The notes under the pieces are model-generated. The model saw nothing but the letters and a program-made list of their open reading frames with translations. It was not told the DNA's origin and made no database searches. From Octopus vulgaris (taxonomy: Eukaryota), in the NCBI GenBank assembly GCA_951406725.2, contig OX597821.1:87172001-87236000 (forward strand): a DNA stretch of 64,000 bases, written 5' to 3'. Of the stretch, positions 36,610 to 50,849 are shown piece by piece. A program made the translations under genes and the position numbers. The first letter of the stretch is position 1; the number at the start of each line of letters is the position of its first letter.

Positions 36610-37613
36610 TGGTTTCAAATTTTGGCACAAGGCCAGCAAATTTGGGGGAGGGGGTAAGTCTGTTGCATCAACCCAGACCCCCCCTCCCCCCATCAGTGTT
36701 CAACTGGTACTTATTTTATTGACCCTGAAATGATGAAAGGGAAACTCAGCCTTGGCTGAATTTGAACTCAAGAACATAAAGATGGACGGAATGTCACTAA
36801 ACATTACGCCAGGTGTGCTAACGATTCTGCCAGCTCATCACCTTAGAGGGAATATAAATAATCCTTTCTACTAAAGGCACAAGGCCTGAAATTTGGGGAA
36901 GGGGATCAGTCAATCACATCGACCCCAGTATTTCACTGGTACTTATTCCATTGACCCCCAAAAGGATCAAAGGCAAAGTCGACCCTGGCGGAATTTGAAC
37001 TCAGGACGTAACGATGGGCTTAGCATTTTGTCCAGTGTGCTAATGATTCTGCCAGCTTGCCGCCTTAGAGGGATTACTAATAATAATGAGATGATAATTT
37101 CTTACAGTTTATCAAACAATGGATTTATATGAGAGGGGTTCAGTTGAATGAATAAATCCCTAGTGTAAATAAATTCATTCAAACCCAGTGGAATTTGAAC
37201 TCAGGAGATAAAGAGTAATGACTAAATATTGTTTTCTACTCTCGGTACAAGGCCCGAGATTTTTGGACAGGGGTCCAGTTGATTAGATCGATCCCAGTAT
37301 ACAACTGGTACTTAATTTATCGCCCCCTGAAAAGATGAAAGGCAAAGTCGACCTCGGCGGAATTTGAACTCAGGAGATAAAGAGTAATGACTAAATATTG
37401 TTTTCTGCTCTAGGCACAAGGCCCGAAATTTTTCGGGGAAGGGTCCAGTTGATTAGATCGATCCCAGTACACAACTGGTACTTAATTTATCGCCCCCTGA
37501 AAAGATGAAAGGAAAAGTCGACCTTGGCGGAATTTGAACTCAGAACGTAAGGACAGACAAAATACCACTAAGGATTTTGCCTGGTGTGCTAATGTTTCTG
37601 CCAGCTCCCCACT
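36610..37613 (-). mobile_element. Head-to-tail cluster of about 5 SINE C copies
   Basis: gaatttgaactca repeated five times; ~169-bp tandem duplication; gtaatgactaaata three times. Confidence 0.88.
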
Positions 37614-37712
37614 TTGTAATGACTAAATAGTGTAAAGCATTTTGTTCATTGCTCTACTGATTCCCACCAAAAGAACAAAACAAAAATATGAAAATAAGTG
37701 ACAAATATTTAC

Positions 37713-37737
37713 CTGAGATTCCAATGACAGCTCCAAG
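37713..37737 (-). CDS. Candidate 25-nt microexon (LGAVIGIS+G), host gene unidentified
   Basis: Minus strand: tttctctctttgtctttccag|CTTGGAGCTGTCATTGGAATCTCAG|gtaaat; strong pyrimidine tract, CAG|GT donor, unique sequence between SINEs. Confidence 0.6.
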
Positions 37738-37939
37738 CTGGAAAGACAAAGAGAGAAATTGTTATTAAACAAGATCCACAGAAGGAATTAGAGGAATGAA
37801 ACTAGCACATAGCATACTGCACATATCCTAGTGTCTCAAAAATGGAAGCATTAAAAGAATTATGAAGTTCTACTGTATGACTGAATAACAGATGGGCTGG
37901 TCATGACTGGAATATCTTTGATCACAGGTCTGCTTGATC

Positions 37940-38160
37940 ATCTTTTACTTGTTTCAGTCATTGGACTGTGGCCATGCAGGAGCACCACCTTGAAGGGTTT
38001 TAATTGGATAAATTAATTAGTACTTTGTAGAATTTCTTTTTTAAAAACCTAATATGTATTCTATAAGTCTCTTTTGCCAATCAAGTAAGTTATAGGGATG
38101 CAAACAAACTAACACTGGTTGTTAAGTGGAGGCATAGGGATAGAGACAAAGATGCAGATG
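37940..38160 (-). mobile_element. Old SINE B 3' half
   Basis: cttttacttgtttcagtcattggactgtggccatgc. Confidence 0.75.
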
Positions 38161-38210
38161 TATGTGTGTGCATGTGCATGCACACATGCACACACACACC
38201 CACATACACA

Positions 38211-38420
38211 TGAGGGGGTGCTGAAAAGTTCCTAGCTTTGGGTAAAAGAAAACACTGAAGAATCAGTTAATTCTGATTTTATTCAACATATTCCTCTCTC
38301 AGATTCACGCACTTATTGCAGCAGTTCTTTAGTTTTTCTAAGCCCTGTAAAATAACTTGGAAGGTTGAGCCTTCAACTAGGCCTTTTGCAACACACAGGA
38401 ACTTTTCAGAACCTCCCTCA
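38211..38420 (-). mobile_element. Internally deleted mariner element
   Basis: TIRs tgagggggtgctgaaaagttcc / ggaacttttcagaacctccctca|TA; interior encodes QGLEKLKNCCNKCVNLREEYVE*, matching the mariner transposase C-terminal G.KL..RW.KC...G.YVE pattern. Confidence 0.82.
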
Positions 38421-38443
38421 TACATACATACAAAAATTATATA

Positions 38444-38856
38444 TAGGCGCAGGAGTGGCTGAGTGGTAAGTAGCTTGTTTACCAACAACATGGTTCCGGG
38501 TTCATTCCCACTGCGTGGCATCTTGGGCAAGTGTCTTCTGCTATAGCCCCGGGCCGACCAATGCCTTGTGAGTGGATTTGGTAGACGGAAACTAAAAGAA
38601 GCCTGTCGTATATATGTATATATACATATATGTATGTGTGTGTGTGTTTGTGTGTCTGTGTTTGTCCCCCTAGCATTGCTTGACAACCGATGCTGGTGTG
38701 TTTACGTCCCCGTAACTTAGCGGTTCGGCAAAAGAGACCGATAGAATAAGTACTGGGCTTACAAAGAATAAGTCCCGGGGTCGATCTGCTCGACTAAAGG
38801 CGGTGCTCCAGCATGGCCGCAGTCAAATGACTGAAACAAGTAAAAGAGTAAAAGAG
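38444..38856 (+). mobile_element. SINE family B (young)
   Basis: Full copy, CpG-rich. Confidence 0.92.
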
Positions 38857-38956
38857 TATATGTATGCATGTATAATGAGCTTCCGCACAGTTTCTGTCCA
38901 TCAAATTGTTAGAAGATAGAGTGAATAAAAGTAAATATGACATGGTAAAGAAAAAT

Positions 38957-39053
38957 AAGATCAGACTGGAGCCTGGTGCAGCCTCCTGGCTTTCCACACC
39001 CTGGTCGAACCGTCCAACCCATGCTAGCATGGAAAACGGACGTTAAACGATGA
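38957..39053 (+). mobile_element. Family D 3' fragment
   Basis: gatcagactggagcctggtgcagcc..aacccatgctagcatggaaaacggacgttaaacgatga. Confidence 0.85.
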
Positions 39054-39194
39054 TCACATGTCCTCAATAGTGGCTCTGCTCTCAATGCTAGCTCATCCTC
39101 ATAATGCCCACCCAATTCACATGGGTCACTTGTACGATACCTCGTATCTACATATTTTTACATGTTTTAAGTCTGTAATATAATTAAGTTATGC

Positions 39195-39195
<1 letters not shown>

Positions 39196-39232
<37 letters not shown>

Positions 39233-39745
39233 CACACACATACTACGTACACATACATTGTATCTGCCCTCTTAAAATCACTTAAGGGACCACCATAAGT
39301 CTAAATTTCTGCTATATCATACAAAGAGAGATCCCTTACATTTTAGTAGTACATACACCATACGCATACATACACGCCCACACAGACACACACACACACT
39401 CACACACACATACACACACATACAGACACAGAACACATCCAGACAACTATACTCACACACACGTACATGCACGCACACACACACACACACACATGTACAT
39501 ACACATGCACATACACACACGTACATACACACACATACTCACACATACACACACACGTACATACACACACACACACATATGTACATACACACACACACGT
39601 ACATACACACACACACACATATACACATACACACACAAACTACATTAAACACACAATATCTCACCACAGCACTAGATACAACATCACAAGAATCAACACA
39701 CACATACACACACACACACACACATCACACACACACACATACACT
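39196..39745. repeat. (CA)n-rich tract
   Basis: Direct reading. Confidence 0.93.
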
Positions 39746-40071
39746 CTCATTTGGGGTGGTGGGGGGCACAAGTACTCCCCACCACTGTACTCCAAGAGTA
39801 CACATCAACCACACTCTATTTAACATAGGCACAAGTTCAGATTATGTAAACACACCTGACACACACACACCCATAAACCATCTTATACACGCATACCCTT
39901 ACACACACTTACACACATACAGTACTTAAAGCATTGTAAATTGCACATTCGCCCACAAATTTAGGCTTGTTTTCCTGTTGAAATGTGAAGAGAGAGGAGA
40001 CTCTACAACAGTAAGAACCTTTTGACATTGATACAGGTGTATGCTTGACAAAGAGGAGAGGGGTGGGTGGG

Positions 40072-40414
<343 letters not shown>

Positions 40415-40514
40415 TAATCTTGTTTATTGAGAGCATATCTGTGTCAAGGGACTGTGTGTGTGTGTGTATATGTGTTTGAGAATGCGTAAGTTGAATTCAG
40501 TACGGAGAACAAAT

Positions 40515-40800
40515 GTCCCTTTTTACGCAAGGAACAAGGCCTGAAATTTTTTGGGAGGAGGCCAGTTGATTAAATCGACCCTGCATGCAGCTGGTACTTA
40601 ATTTATCGACCCCCGAAAGGATGAAAGGCAAAGTCAACCTCAGTGGAATTTGAACTCAGAACATAAAGACAGACAAAATACTGCTAAGCATTTCGCCTAG
40701 TACACTAACGTCTCTGCCAGCTTGCCATCTTATGGAGAACAAATATTCTTTTCTACTCTAGGCACAAGGCCCGAAATTTTCTGCCAGTGCACTGCCTTGT
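40515..40800 (-). mobile_element. SINE C plus internally deleted second copy
   Basis: ggagaacaaat at 40504, 40733 and 40801 brackets the two units. Confidence 0.85.
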
Positions 40801-40840
40801 GGAGAACAAATATTGAATGAGGAATATATATATATATATA

Positions 40841-40993
40841 AATCTGAAGAGTCTACTAGAGTAGATGCAAGCGCTAATATATGATTTATAAAAACATGTG
40901 ACATATTAATAAAAATCTGTAAATATAAATCCATCGAGATTTTTCAGTATCTTATTTCTTCTTATATATAATACCTGTATATCACATCCAAAC

Positions 40994-40996
<3 letters not shown>
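40841..40996 (+). mobile_element. (TA)n-embedded Penelope-like pLTR remnant with degenerate hammerhead
   Basis: CTGAAGA-gtctact-ag-agtagat-GCAA-gcgc-TA at 40844-40876 (GAAA mutated to GCAA); downstream about 85 nt homologous to 17217-17300; (TA)n on both sides. Confidence 0.6.
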
Positions 40997-41039
<43 letters not shown>

Positions 41040-41040
<1 letters not shown>

Positions 41041-41252
41041 TTTTCTACTCTAGGCACAAGGCCTGAAATTTTTGGGGAGGGGGCCTGTCGATTACATCGA
41101 CCCCAGTATGCTATAAGTACTCAATTTATTGACCCTGAAAGGATGAAAAGCAAAGCTGACCTAGGCGTAATTTGAACTCAGAATGTAAAGGCAGACGAAA
41201 TACCACTAAACATTTTGCCTGACGTGCTAATGTTTCTACCTGCTCACCACCT
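41040..41252 (-). mobile_element. SINE family C (tail type 2)
   Basis: ttttctactctaggcacaaggcc...gctcaccacc. Confidence 0.88.
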
Positions 41253-41264
41253 TTATATATACAT

Positions 41265-41545
41265 ATCATCATCCTCATATTCCATGCTGGCATAAGTTGG
41301 ATGACTTGACAGGAGCCGGAAAGCCAGAGAGCTGCAACTAGCTTCCACTTGTCTGTTTTAGCATGGTTTCTGCAGCTGGATGCCCTTCCTAACGCTAACC
41401 ACGTTACAGAGTGTACTGGGTGCTTTTTATGTGGTATCAGCTTGAGTGCTTTTTGCATGGCACAAGCATGGGAGCTTTTAGCATGGCACCAACATGCGTG
41501 ATTTTTACATGACACCAGCACAAATGCTTTTTATGTGGCACCAGC
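41265..41545 (-). mobile_element. Family D element with short internal repeats
   Basis: gctggatgcccttcctaacgc; repeated gcttttt..tggcac. Confidence 0.8.
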
Positions 41546-41558
41546 ACACACACAGATA

Positions 41559-41782
41559 TTCTTTTATTCTTGTATTTGTTTCGGTCATTTGACTGTGGCC
41601 ATGCTGGAGCACTGCTTTTAGTTGAACAAATCAACCCCAGGACTTACTCTTTGTAAGCGTAGTACTTATTCTATTGGTCTCTTTTGCTGAACCTCTAAGC
41701 TACAGGGACGTAAACTCATCAGCATCGGTTGTCAAGACATACATATGTATACACACACACATACATATATATATATACATAT

Positions 41783-41865
<83 letters not shown>

Positions 41866-41931
41866 TCATCATCATCATCATCGTTTAACGTCCGTTCTCC
41901 ATGCTAGCATGGGTTGGATTGCTAGCATGGG

Positions 41932-41978
<47 letters not shown>

Positions 41979-42110
41979 ACGATGGGCTTCAGTTTCTGTC
42001 TACTAAATCCACTCACAAGGCTTTGGTTGGTCTGAGGCTATAGTAGAAGACACTTACCCAAAATGCTATGCAGTGGGACTGAACCTGGAACCATAGCCAC
42101 TCCTGCACCT
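41559..42110 (-). mobile_element. SINE family B with family D 3' fragment (41863-41935) in its microsatellite
   Basis: B halves flank (CAT)n-cgtttaacgtccgttctccatgctagcatggg. Confidence 0.85.
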
Positions 42111-42456
42111 ATGTATATAGTATTGGTGTATGTGTATGTGTTGTACTTGTATGTATGCAAATGTAGACATTCCATAGCTTCATTTGTCAATGTCTGAGCA
42201 AAAATGGTGATGTCAGGTTCATGTTCTTTGTTGGCATTACAACTGGTTTCCCTGTTCTTTCTAAGACTTGTGGAATAAACAATCCTCTACTTGAAAAGGA
42301 AGCAAGAGTTGGCAACAGGAAGGGCATCAGGCTATGAAAGCTTGGCTTAAATAAGTCCCCATCTAACCCATGCTAGCACAGACAAAACAGATGTCTAGTG
42401 AAAGAATGCAAGAGTGACAAATAAAAGTGGACATGTGTGTAAATAGTGGAAATAAA

Positions 42457-42762
42457 TGGCCTAGTGGTAAGAACAGTGGACTCACAGTTGAGGGATTGCA
42501 GGTTCGAATCTCAGACCGGGCGATGTGTGTTTTTTATGAGCGAAACACTTAAGCTCCACGCGGCTCCGGCAGAAGGTAATGGCAAAACTTCTGCTGACTC
42601 TTTTACCACAACTTTCTCTCACTCTTTCCTCCTGCATCTTGCAGCTCACCTGCAACGGACCGGCATCCCGTCCAGGTGGGGAACCTATACGCCAAGGAAA
42701 CCGGGAAACCAGCCCTTATCAGCCAGGCATGGCTTGAGAAGGAACAAACAACAACAACAGCA
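42457..42762 (+). mobile_element. SINE family E
   Basis: Near-identical to the 20332 copy; (caa)n tail. Confidence 0.9.
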
Positions 42763-43074
42763 TGTAAGTGCATGTGTGTGTATGTGTGTGAGAGAGAGAG
42801 AGAGAGAGGGAGAAAGAGAGAGATAGTGTGTGCATGTTCTGGGAGATAAAAGTACAAAAGAGCGTAGATGTTGATGGCATGAATGTAATGCATCACACTG
42901 TAACCAGAATACAAGTATATGTACACACACACACACACACACATACACACACACACACATGCACACACACACATTAAGAGAAAGAAGAATCACTTTCTAT
43001 CTTTTTATTTCTCTTATAGAGTTATTCATTCTCTCTCTTTCTCTCTCCCTATATACATATATATGTATGAATGT

Positions 43075-43975
<901 letters not shown>

Positions 43976-44697
43976 TTGCATTGTATTGAAAAATAAACAG
44001 TCTTTATATATGAAAATAAAGGAGACAGTTATGCATTCTTTCAATGCCAGAATCCCTCATTTTTATAAAATGACGTAAGGGAAATAACTCTAGAGGGCCA
44101 ATGACATGAATTCATAAGTTAATGGAAATTTTAATTAGTTAAGAAATTTTTACATAGAACATTGGGTAAATCATTTCAGCAGGTTCACACAATATTTTCT
44201 TTATCTACTTCACTCTGTTGCATGTCCAAAGCGTTGACAACTAAACCAGAATCCTAGTGTGAAGAATTCTCAAAGACCCAGCAGGACAAAAACCAATACT
44301 TATCAAGAAGACAGATAAACCTAGAATATGATCACCCAAATAACTATCACAGGCACTTAGGAAACCAGTTGTGGTCTCCATCACAGTACTAGTCCTCAGG
44401 GAGTGAGACACTTTCACTGAAACCTCCTCTAGAAAAAGGATAATGAAATATAAAATGATAATGATGATGATAATGATGATGATGATGTTATAATATGATA
44501 GATAAATTACACTCTCATCTCTGGTAACATTGCTGAAGCTGTTATCTTGATTCTGCCCTTTCCTGGGATCCTCCCCTAATTAAAAGGTTTGTTATACATT
44601 TATACTAGGGGTTTCCAGCTTAAAAATTTCACACGGAGATTGTTGATATTTGGTTATTTTCTGGTCAAAATTGTCACACATGTATGTGTATGTGTCT

Positions 44698-44732
<35 letters not shown>

Positions 44733-44817
44733 ATACACATACACATATATTTATATATATATATATATATATATAGATAGATATAGATATATATATATAT
44801 GCATATACATATACAGA

Positions 44818-45208
44818 CACAGGAGTGGCTGTGTGGTGAGAAGATTGCTTCCCAACCACATGGTTCTGGGTTCTGTCTCACTGTGTAGCACCTTGGGCCA
44901 GTGTCTTTAACTATTGCTTCAGGCTGACCAAAGTCTTATGTGTGGATTTGGTGGATGGAAACTGAAAGAAGCCCATTGCATATGTGTGTGTGTGTGCGTG
45001 TGTGTATTTGTGTGTCTGTGTTTGTCCCCCCACCATTGCTTGACAACCGATGCTGGTGTGTTTATGTCCCCGTAACTTAGCGGTTCGGCAAAAGAGACCG
45101 ATAGAATAAGTACTAGGCTTACAAAGAATAAGTACTGGGGTCGATTTGTTCGACTAAAGGCGGTGCTCCAGCATGGCAACAATCAAATGACTGAAACAAA
45201 TAAAAGAA
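44818..45208 (+). mobile_element. SINE family B
   Basis: Full copy. Confidence 0.9.
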
Positions 45209-45261
45209 TATGAGATATATGATATGATATGATATATATGATATATATATGTATATTGTTA

Positions 45262-45469
45262 TTTCAAATTTTGACTCAAGACCAGCAATTTCTGAGGAGG
45301 GATTAAGCTGATTACAGTAACCCCAGTTTTCAACTAGTACACATTTTATGAACCCTGAAAGGATGAAAGGCAAAGTTGACCTCAGCGGAATTTGAACTCA
45401 GAACACAAAGACAAATGAAAGGCTGCTAAGCATTTTCCCTAGCTTGCTAACGATTCTGCCAGCTCACCT
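45262..45469 (-). mobile_element. Old SINE family C
   Basis: ggatgaaaggcaaagttgacctcagcggaatttgaactcagaac. Confidence 0.82.
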
Positions 45470-46123
45470 AGAAGGAAGTTCTCATTAGAACTAGGGGTCC
45501 TTCACTCCCATCAGTTCACATGCTCATCAGCCCATAGCTCATATATACATACGTATATATATACATACGTAAATATATATAAGCATACATATATATACAT
45601 ATATATATACACACACACTCATACATACATATGCTTGTACAATAAAAACACATACACACACAAACATTCATGTATGAACATCAAGAAATACACACTCTGA
45701 ATGCTTTGTTGATATTGAGTTAGTTGTTGACAAGGAGACCTCCAAGACTTGGTGGACACCACGGTGGTTTGAATTAAACAGATGATTGGTTCCATACCAA
45801 AAGTGTTCTGAGATTTATTTATGGAGTTTACTACCCCTTCTTTGTTCTAATCCAAAACTAAACACACAAACAAAACAACACCTCAATAGTTCTGTGAAAA
45901 ATGTCAGTGCTGCATTATATGAAGAGAAGATGCTCTTTCATTCGCATCACATTGATGGTTCTTATTCATGTTTGTTTGTTTGAAAGATTTCTGGTACTGC
46001 TGAATTATATATAAAACAGAATTGGAGGCCTATTAGACACACATGCAATAAGCACTCATACATATACACTCGAACTCCCACACACACACACACACGACAA
46101 ACACATCTGCACAAATATTTACA

Positions 46124-46317
46124 GATGTATGTATGTATGTATGTATGTATGAATGAATGTATGTATGCATGTATGTATGTATGTATGTATGCATGTATGT
46201 ATGTATGGACGGACATACACAATTCGATATGTATGTATATATATATATATGTAAATATATGTATATATATATGCATATATATATATATATATATATATAT
46301 GCATGTAGATATGTTTA

Positions 46318-46351
<34 letters not shown>

Positions 46352-46377
46352 CATGTGTGTGTATATATATATAGATC

Positions 46378-46422
<45 letters not shown>

Positions 46423-46510
46423 TAGATGTATATATATAGATGTATATATATATATATACATCTATGTATATATATATATGTATGTATATATATAATGTGT
46501 GTGTGTGTGT
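46124..46510. repeat. (ATGT)n/(TA)n microsatellite
   Basis: Direct reading. Confidence 0.95.
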
Positions 46511-47109
46511 CTATAAAACAATACATCTGGGTTTAACTTTATATTTGGCACCCACAATGTAGCCTCAACTTAGAAACAAATCAAAATAAAAACAAAAAAA
46601 AGACCTAAAAAAAAACAAAAAAAAAAAACAAAAAAAAAATAGTTGATCCACTTCAAACAAGTAAAAGGTCACATGGAGACACAAAGGTCATGTAGAGAAA
46701 CAATATCTACATAAGAACATTTTAGGTAGCCTGGTGGGTGGGGTGTGGAGTGGAACAGAATGAGGTGACTGAGACAGTTAGTGTCTATCCAGGGTGATGG
46801 TATGGGTGCGTGTGTCTGTTTGTGTGTACACAGAGGAATTTGGTAGAAGTCTTGGTTTATAAAAGCAAGATGTCGCTGAAAGCAAAGTCTTCTGTCATCC
46901 ACCCTCATATTTCATTTCAGAATTGTTAAGGTTTAGAAATGGCTGTAATTTGGTGTTGTTAGAATGTGACGAGTATAAAGTATTCGCCTGCAGCAGACTT
47001 GCATATGTGAAAAATCAAACAGACAAAACAATTAATCAAATTAATTAAATGGAGCTTTAATTCTAGCTTAGAATATATTTGTGTTTTCTTTTTTTTTTGA
47101 TTCTGCATT

Positions 47110-47295
47110 AATACATACATACATGCATACATACATACATACATACATACATACATACATACATACATACATACATACATACATACATACATACATACAT
47201 ACATACATACATACGTACATACATACATACATACGTACATGCATACATACATACATACATACATACATACATACATACATACATACATACATACA

Positions 47296-47326
<31 letters not shown>

Positions 47327-47887
47327 GTACATACATACATACATACGTACATGCATACATACATACATACGTACATACATACATACATACATACGTACAT
47401 GCATACATATGTACATGCATACATACATACATACATATGTACATGCATACATACATACATACATATATACATACATACATACGTACATGCATACATACAT
47501 ACATACATACAAACATACATACATACATACATACATACATACATACATACATACATACATACATACGTACATGCATACATATGTACATGCATACATACAT
47601 ACATATATACATACATACATACGTACATGCATACATACATACATACATACATACATACATACATACATACATACATACATACATACATACGTACATACAT
47701 ACATACATACATACGTACATGCATACATATGTACATGCATACATACATACATATATACATACATACATACATACGTACATGCATACATACATACATACAT
47801 ACATACATACATACAAACATACATACATACATACATACATACATACATACATACATACATACATACATACATACATACATACATACA

Positions 47888-47918
<31 letters not shown>

Positions 47919-48212
47919 GTACATGCATACATACATACATACATATGTACATGCATACATACATACATACATACATACATACATACATACATACATACAT
48001 ACATACATACATACAAACATACATACATACATACATACATACTTACATACATACGTACGTTCAGACATACATACATACATACATACATACGTACATGCAT
48101 ACATACATACAAACATACACACATACATACATACATACAAACATACATACATACATACGTACAGATATACATACGTACATACATACGTACAGACATACAT
48201 ACATGCATACAT
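47110..48212. repeat. About 1.1-kb (CATA)n array with recurring variant cassettes
   Basis: CATA units interspersed with CGTACATG, TGTACATG, CAAA and TATA variants. Confidence 0.97.
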
Positions 48213-48570
48213 ACCACATAGTTCTGGGTTCAGTCCCACTGTGTGGCATCTTGAGCAAGTGTCTTGGGCTGACCAAAACCTTCTGAGTGGATTTGGTAGA
48301 GGAAACTAAAAGAAGCCCATCATATATGTAGTGTGTGTGTGTGTGTGTGTCTTTGTATCTGTGTTTGTCCCCCACCACTGATTGACAACTGCTGTTGGTG
48401 TGTTTACGTACCATGTGGCTTAGCAGTTTGACAAAAGAGACTGATAGAATAAGTACCAGATTTAAGGAGGGGAAAGTACTGGGGTCGATTTATTTGACTA
48501 AAAGTTCTTCAAGGTGGTGCTCCAGTATGGTCACAGTCTAATGATAGAAACAATTAAAATATAAAAGATA
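48213..48570 (+). mobile_element. SINE family B, 5' end lost at the (CATA)n array
   Basis: Starts accacatagttctgggttcagtccc directly after the array. Confidence 0.85.
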
Positions 48571-48688
48571 CACATAAACATACATACAAATTTAAGCTTA
48601 AACAGACTATTCAAACTTATACCAAAATCCACAATCATGCAAACTACTCCATGATAGTGCACTACTTATTGATGTAGACCATATATTC

Positions 48689-49020
48689 TTTTCTACTCTA
48701 GGCACAAGACCCGAAATTTTTGAGGAGGGGGCCAGTTGATTAGATTGAACCCTGGTACACAACTGGTATTTAATTTATCGATCCCAAAATGAAGAAAGGC
48801 AAAGTTGACCTCAGCAGAATTTGAACTCAGAACATGACGACAGATGATGTAGATCATATATTCTTTTCTACTCTAGGCATAAGGCCCATAAGTTATGAGG
48901 AGGGGGCCAGTTGATTAGATTGGACCCCGGTACACAACTGGCATTTAATTTATCAACCCCAAAAGAATGAAAAGCAAAGTTGACCTCAGCGGAATTTGAA
49001 CTCAGAACATAAAGACAGGT
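48689..49020 (-). mobile_element. Two 5'-truncated SINE C copies in tandem, period 175 bp
   Basis: gatgtaga(c/t)catatattc at 48671, 48846 and 49021. Confidence 0.9.
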
Positions 49021-49371
49021 GATGTAGATCATATATTCCTGCACTCTCCAATCACTTAACTTTATTTGCAGGTCATTAATTCTATGGTGTGGGGAAGTGA
49101 AGGGTCGCACTATACTCAGATGAATTGACACAAATATAAGAACAATATGTATTTCATCAAACTAGAGAATAAAATGCAAAAACTACTTAACCAGGATTGG
49201 AAAACTGAATAAAAGAGAACAAAACTAAGCAGTTCTTTCGTCTGGATATTCTTTGTTCAACATCACCAAAACAGGTCAAATAATTTGAGGTGATTTGAAC
49301 TCAGAATGTAGAAAGTCAAAACTGAACACTTTATTATTTTTACCATGTCACAGCATATCATTCATAATGCT

Positions 49372-50315
49372 TTCAAGGTTAGGCACAAGGCCTGAAATTT
49401 TTGGGGAGGTGGCTTGTCAGTTACATCTGCCCCATTGCTTAACTGGTACTTATTTCAGTGACCCCTGAAAGTATGAAAGGCTAAGTTAGCATTTGCAGAA
49501 TTTGAAGTCAGAACACAGAAACAGACAAAATGTCGCTAAGTATTTTGCCCAGCACACTAATGGTTCTGCCAGTACACTGCCTTATAATACAAATTAATAA
49601 TGATTTCAAGGTCAGGGGGACAAGACCTGAAATTGTGTGGTGCTTATCAATTACCTTAGCAAAAATGTTCAGCTGGTACAGGTTGTCGTCAATTTATGAC
49701 CTATCCGACTTAGGACCAATTGACTTTATGACGATTGGTGTGCCAGCTCCCGGCAGCAATAATAAATAGTCCTGTTGAAATCCAATGGGTTTAATGAACC
49801 CATCTATGGATGATATTAGCTAACAAATAACATCGAAGATCCACAGCCAAGCATCAAACTACAATAAATTTTTATGTAAGTTTTGCAACTGCTTCTTACA
49901 CTACATTGTGTATTTCTTGTATTTGCATTCTTTGGTACTTTTCTATGAACAAATGACAATGTTGTAGAATAATACAGAATGCTGTGTGTGACTTTTACTT
50001 GAGAATGTACCTTGAGAATGTAAAGATATAAAACAAAGCTATGGAGGCCTAGAAGCCGACTTATGACCAAATTGACTTACAACCAATCAGTTGGAACCAC
50101 TTGTGGTCGTAAGTCGACAACGACCTGTACTTCTTTTATAGACACTGAAAGTACAAAAGATAATGACCTGTACTTGTTTTATAGACCCTGAAAGTGAAAG
50201 TACAAAAGGCAAGGTCAACCTTGGCAGAATTTGAACTCAGAATATAAAGACAGAAGAAATATTATCACTGAGCATTTTTCCCAGTGTGCAAACAACTCTT
50301 CCAGCTCATCACCTT
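49372..50315 (-). mobile_element. Old SINE C copies, second split by the Tigger MITE
   Basis: aggcacaaggcctgaaattt; aaggcaaggtcaaccttggcagaatttgaactcag. Confidence 0.75.
49679..50127. mobile_element. Tigger/pogo-type MITE inserted in an old SINE C
   Basis: TA|CAGGTTGTCGTCAATTTATGACC ... GGTCGTAAGTCGACAACGACCTG|TA; subterminal gacttt/ttatgac repeats; splits the SINE motif ctggTActt. Confidence 0.8.
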
Positions 50316-50849
50316 ATGACACTAATTAATAATGATTTCAAGGTTAGGCACACAACTGTAATGTTTGAGGAAATTATTTACTGACCCTGGAAGAATTAAA
50401 AGTAAAAATCAATTTATTGTTGGTTCTTTAATTAATTCTGCCAATCTAATATTCTTATTGATAAAATTGATAAAAATAGCTTACACATAACAAACCTAAT
50501 ATTATTTGACAATAAATGATATTCTCTTAACTACCATGTCACTAAGACATTATTTTTATTTTGCCTTTGACAATCTATAAGGGTTAAGATGAACAATAGT
50601 TTTTTTTGGCATGTGAATGTTTTAGCACATGAAAATGGCATTCAACCTGTCAGAGTTCCTGAAAAGTCATTTTCTCTTCCTGCTTGAGTTTGTTGTCTAA
50701 CAAACAGTTTTGTTTTTGCTGAAGGTTATAATATAATTCTTATCCAAGTAAAATGAATTACAAATTCCTGTTTTTTTTTCACTGAAATCTTGGAGGTTAT
50801 ATTTTATTACTCTAGTACTCAAGGCCCAAATTACAATTATAATTAAATG

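Noticed and set aside
46858-46865. TATA box (tataaaag)
   Set aside because: Single motif in AT-rich DNA with no downstream gene evidence
46959-48309. ORFs of 298-426 aa (MYVC/HTYI repeats)
   Set aside because: Translations of the (CATA)n array, which lacks stop codons in most frames
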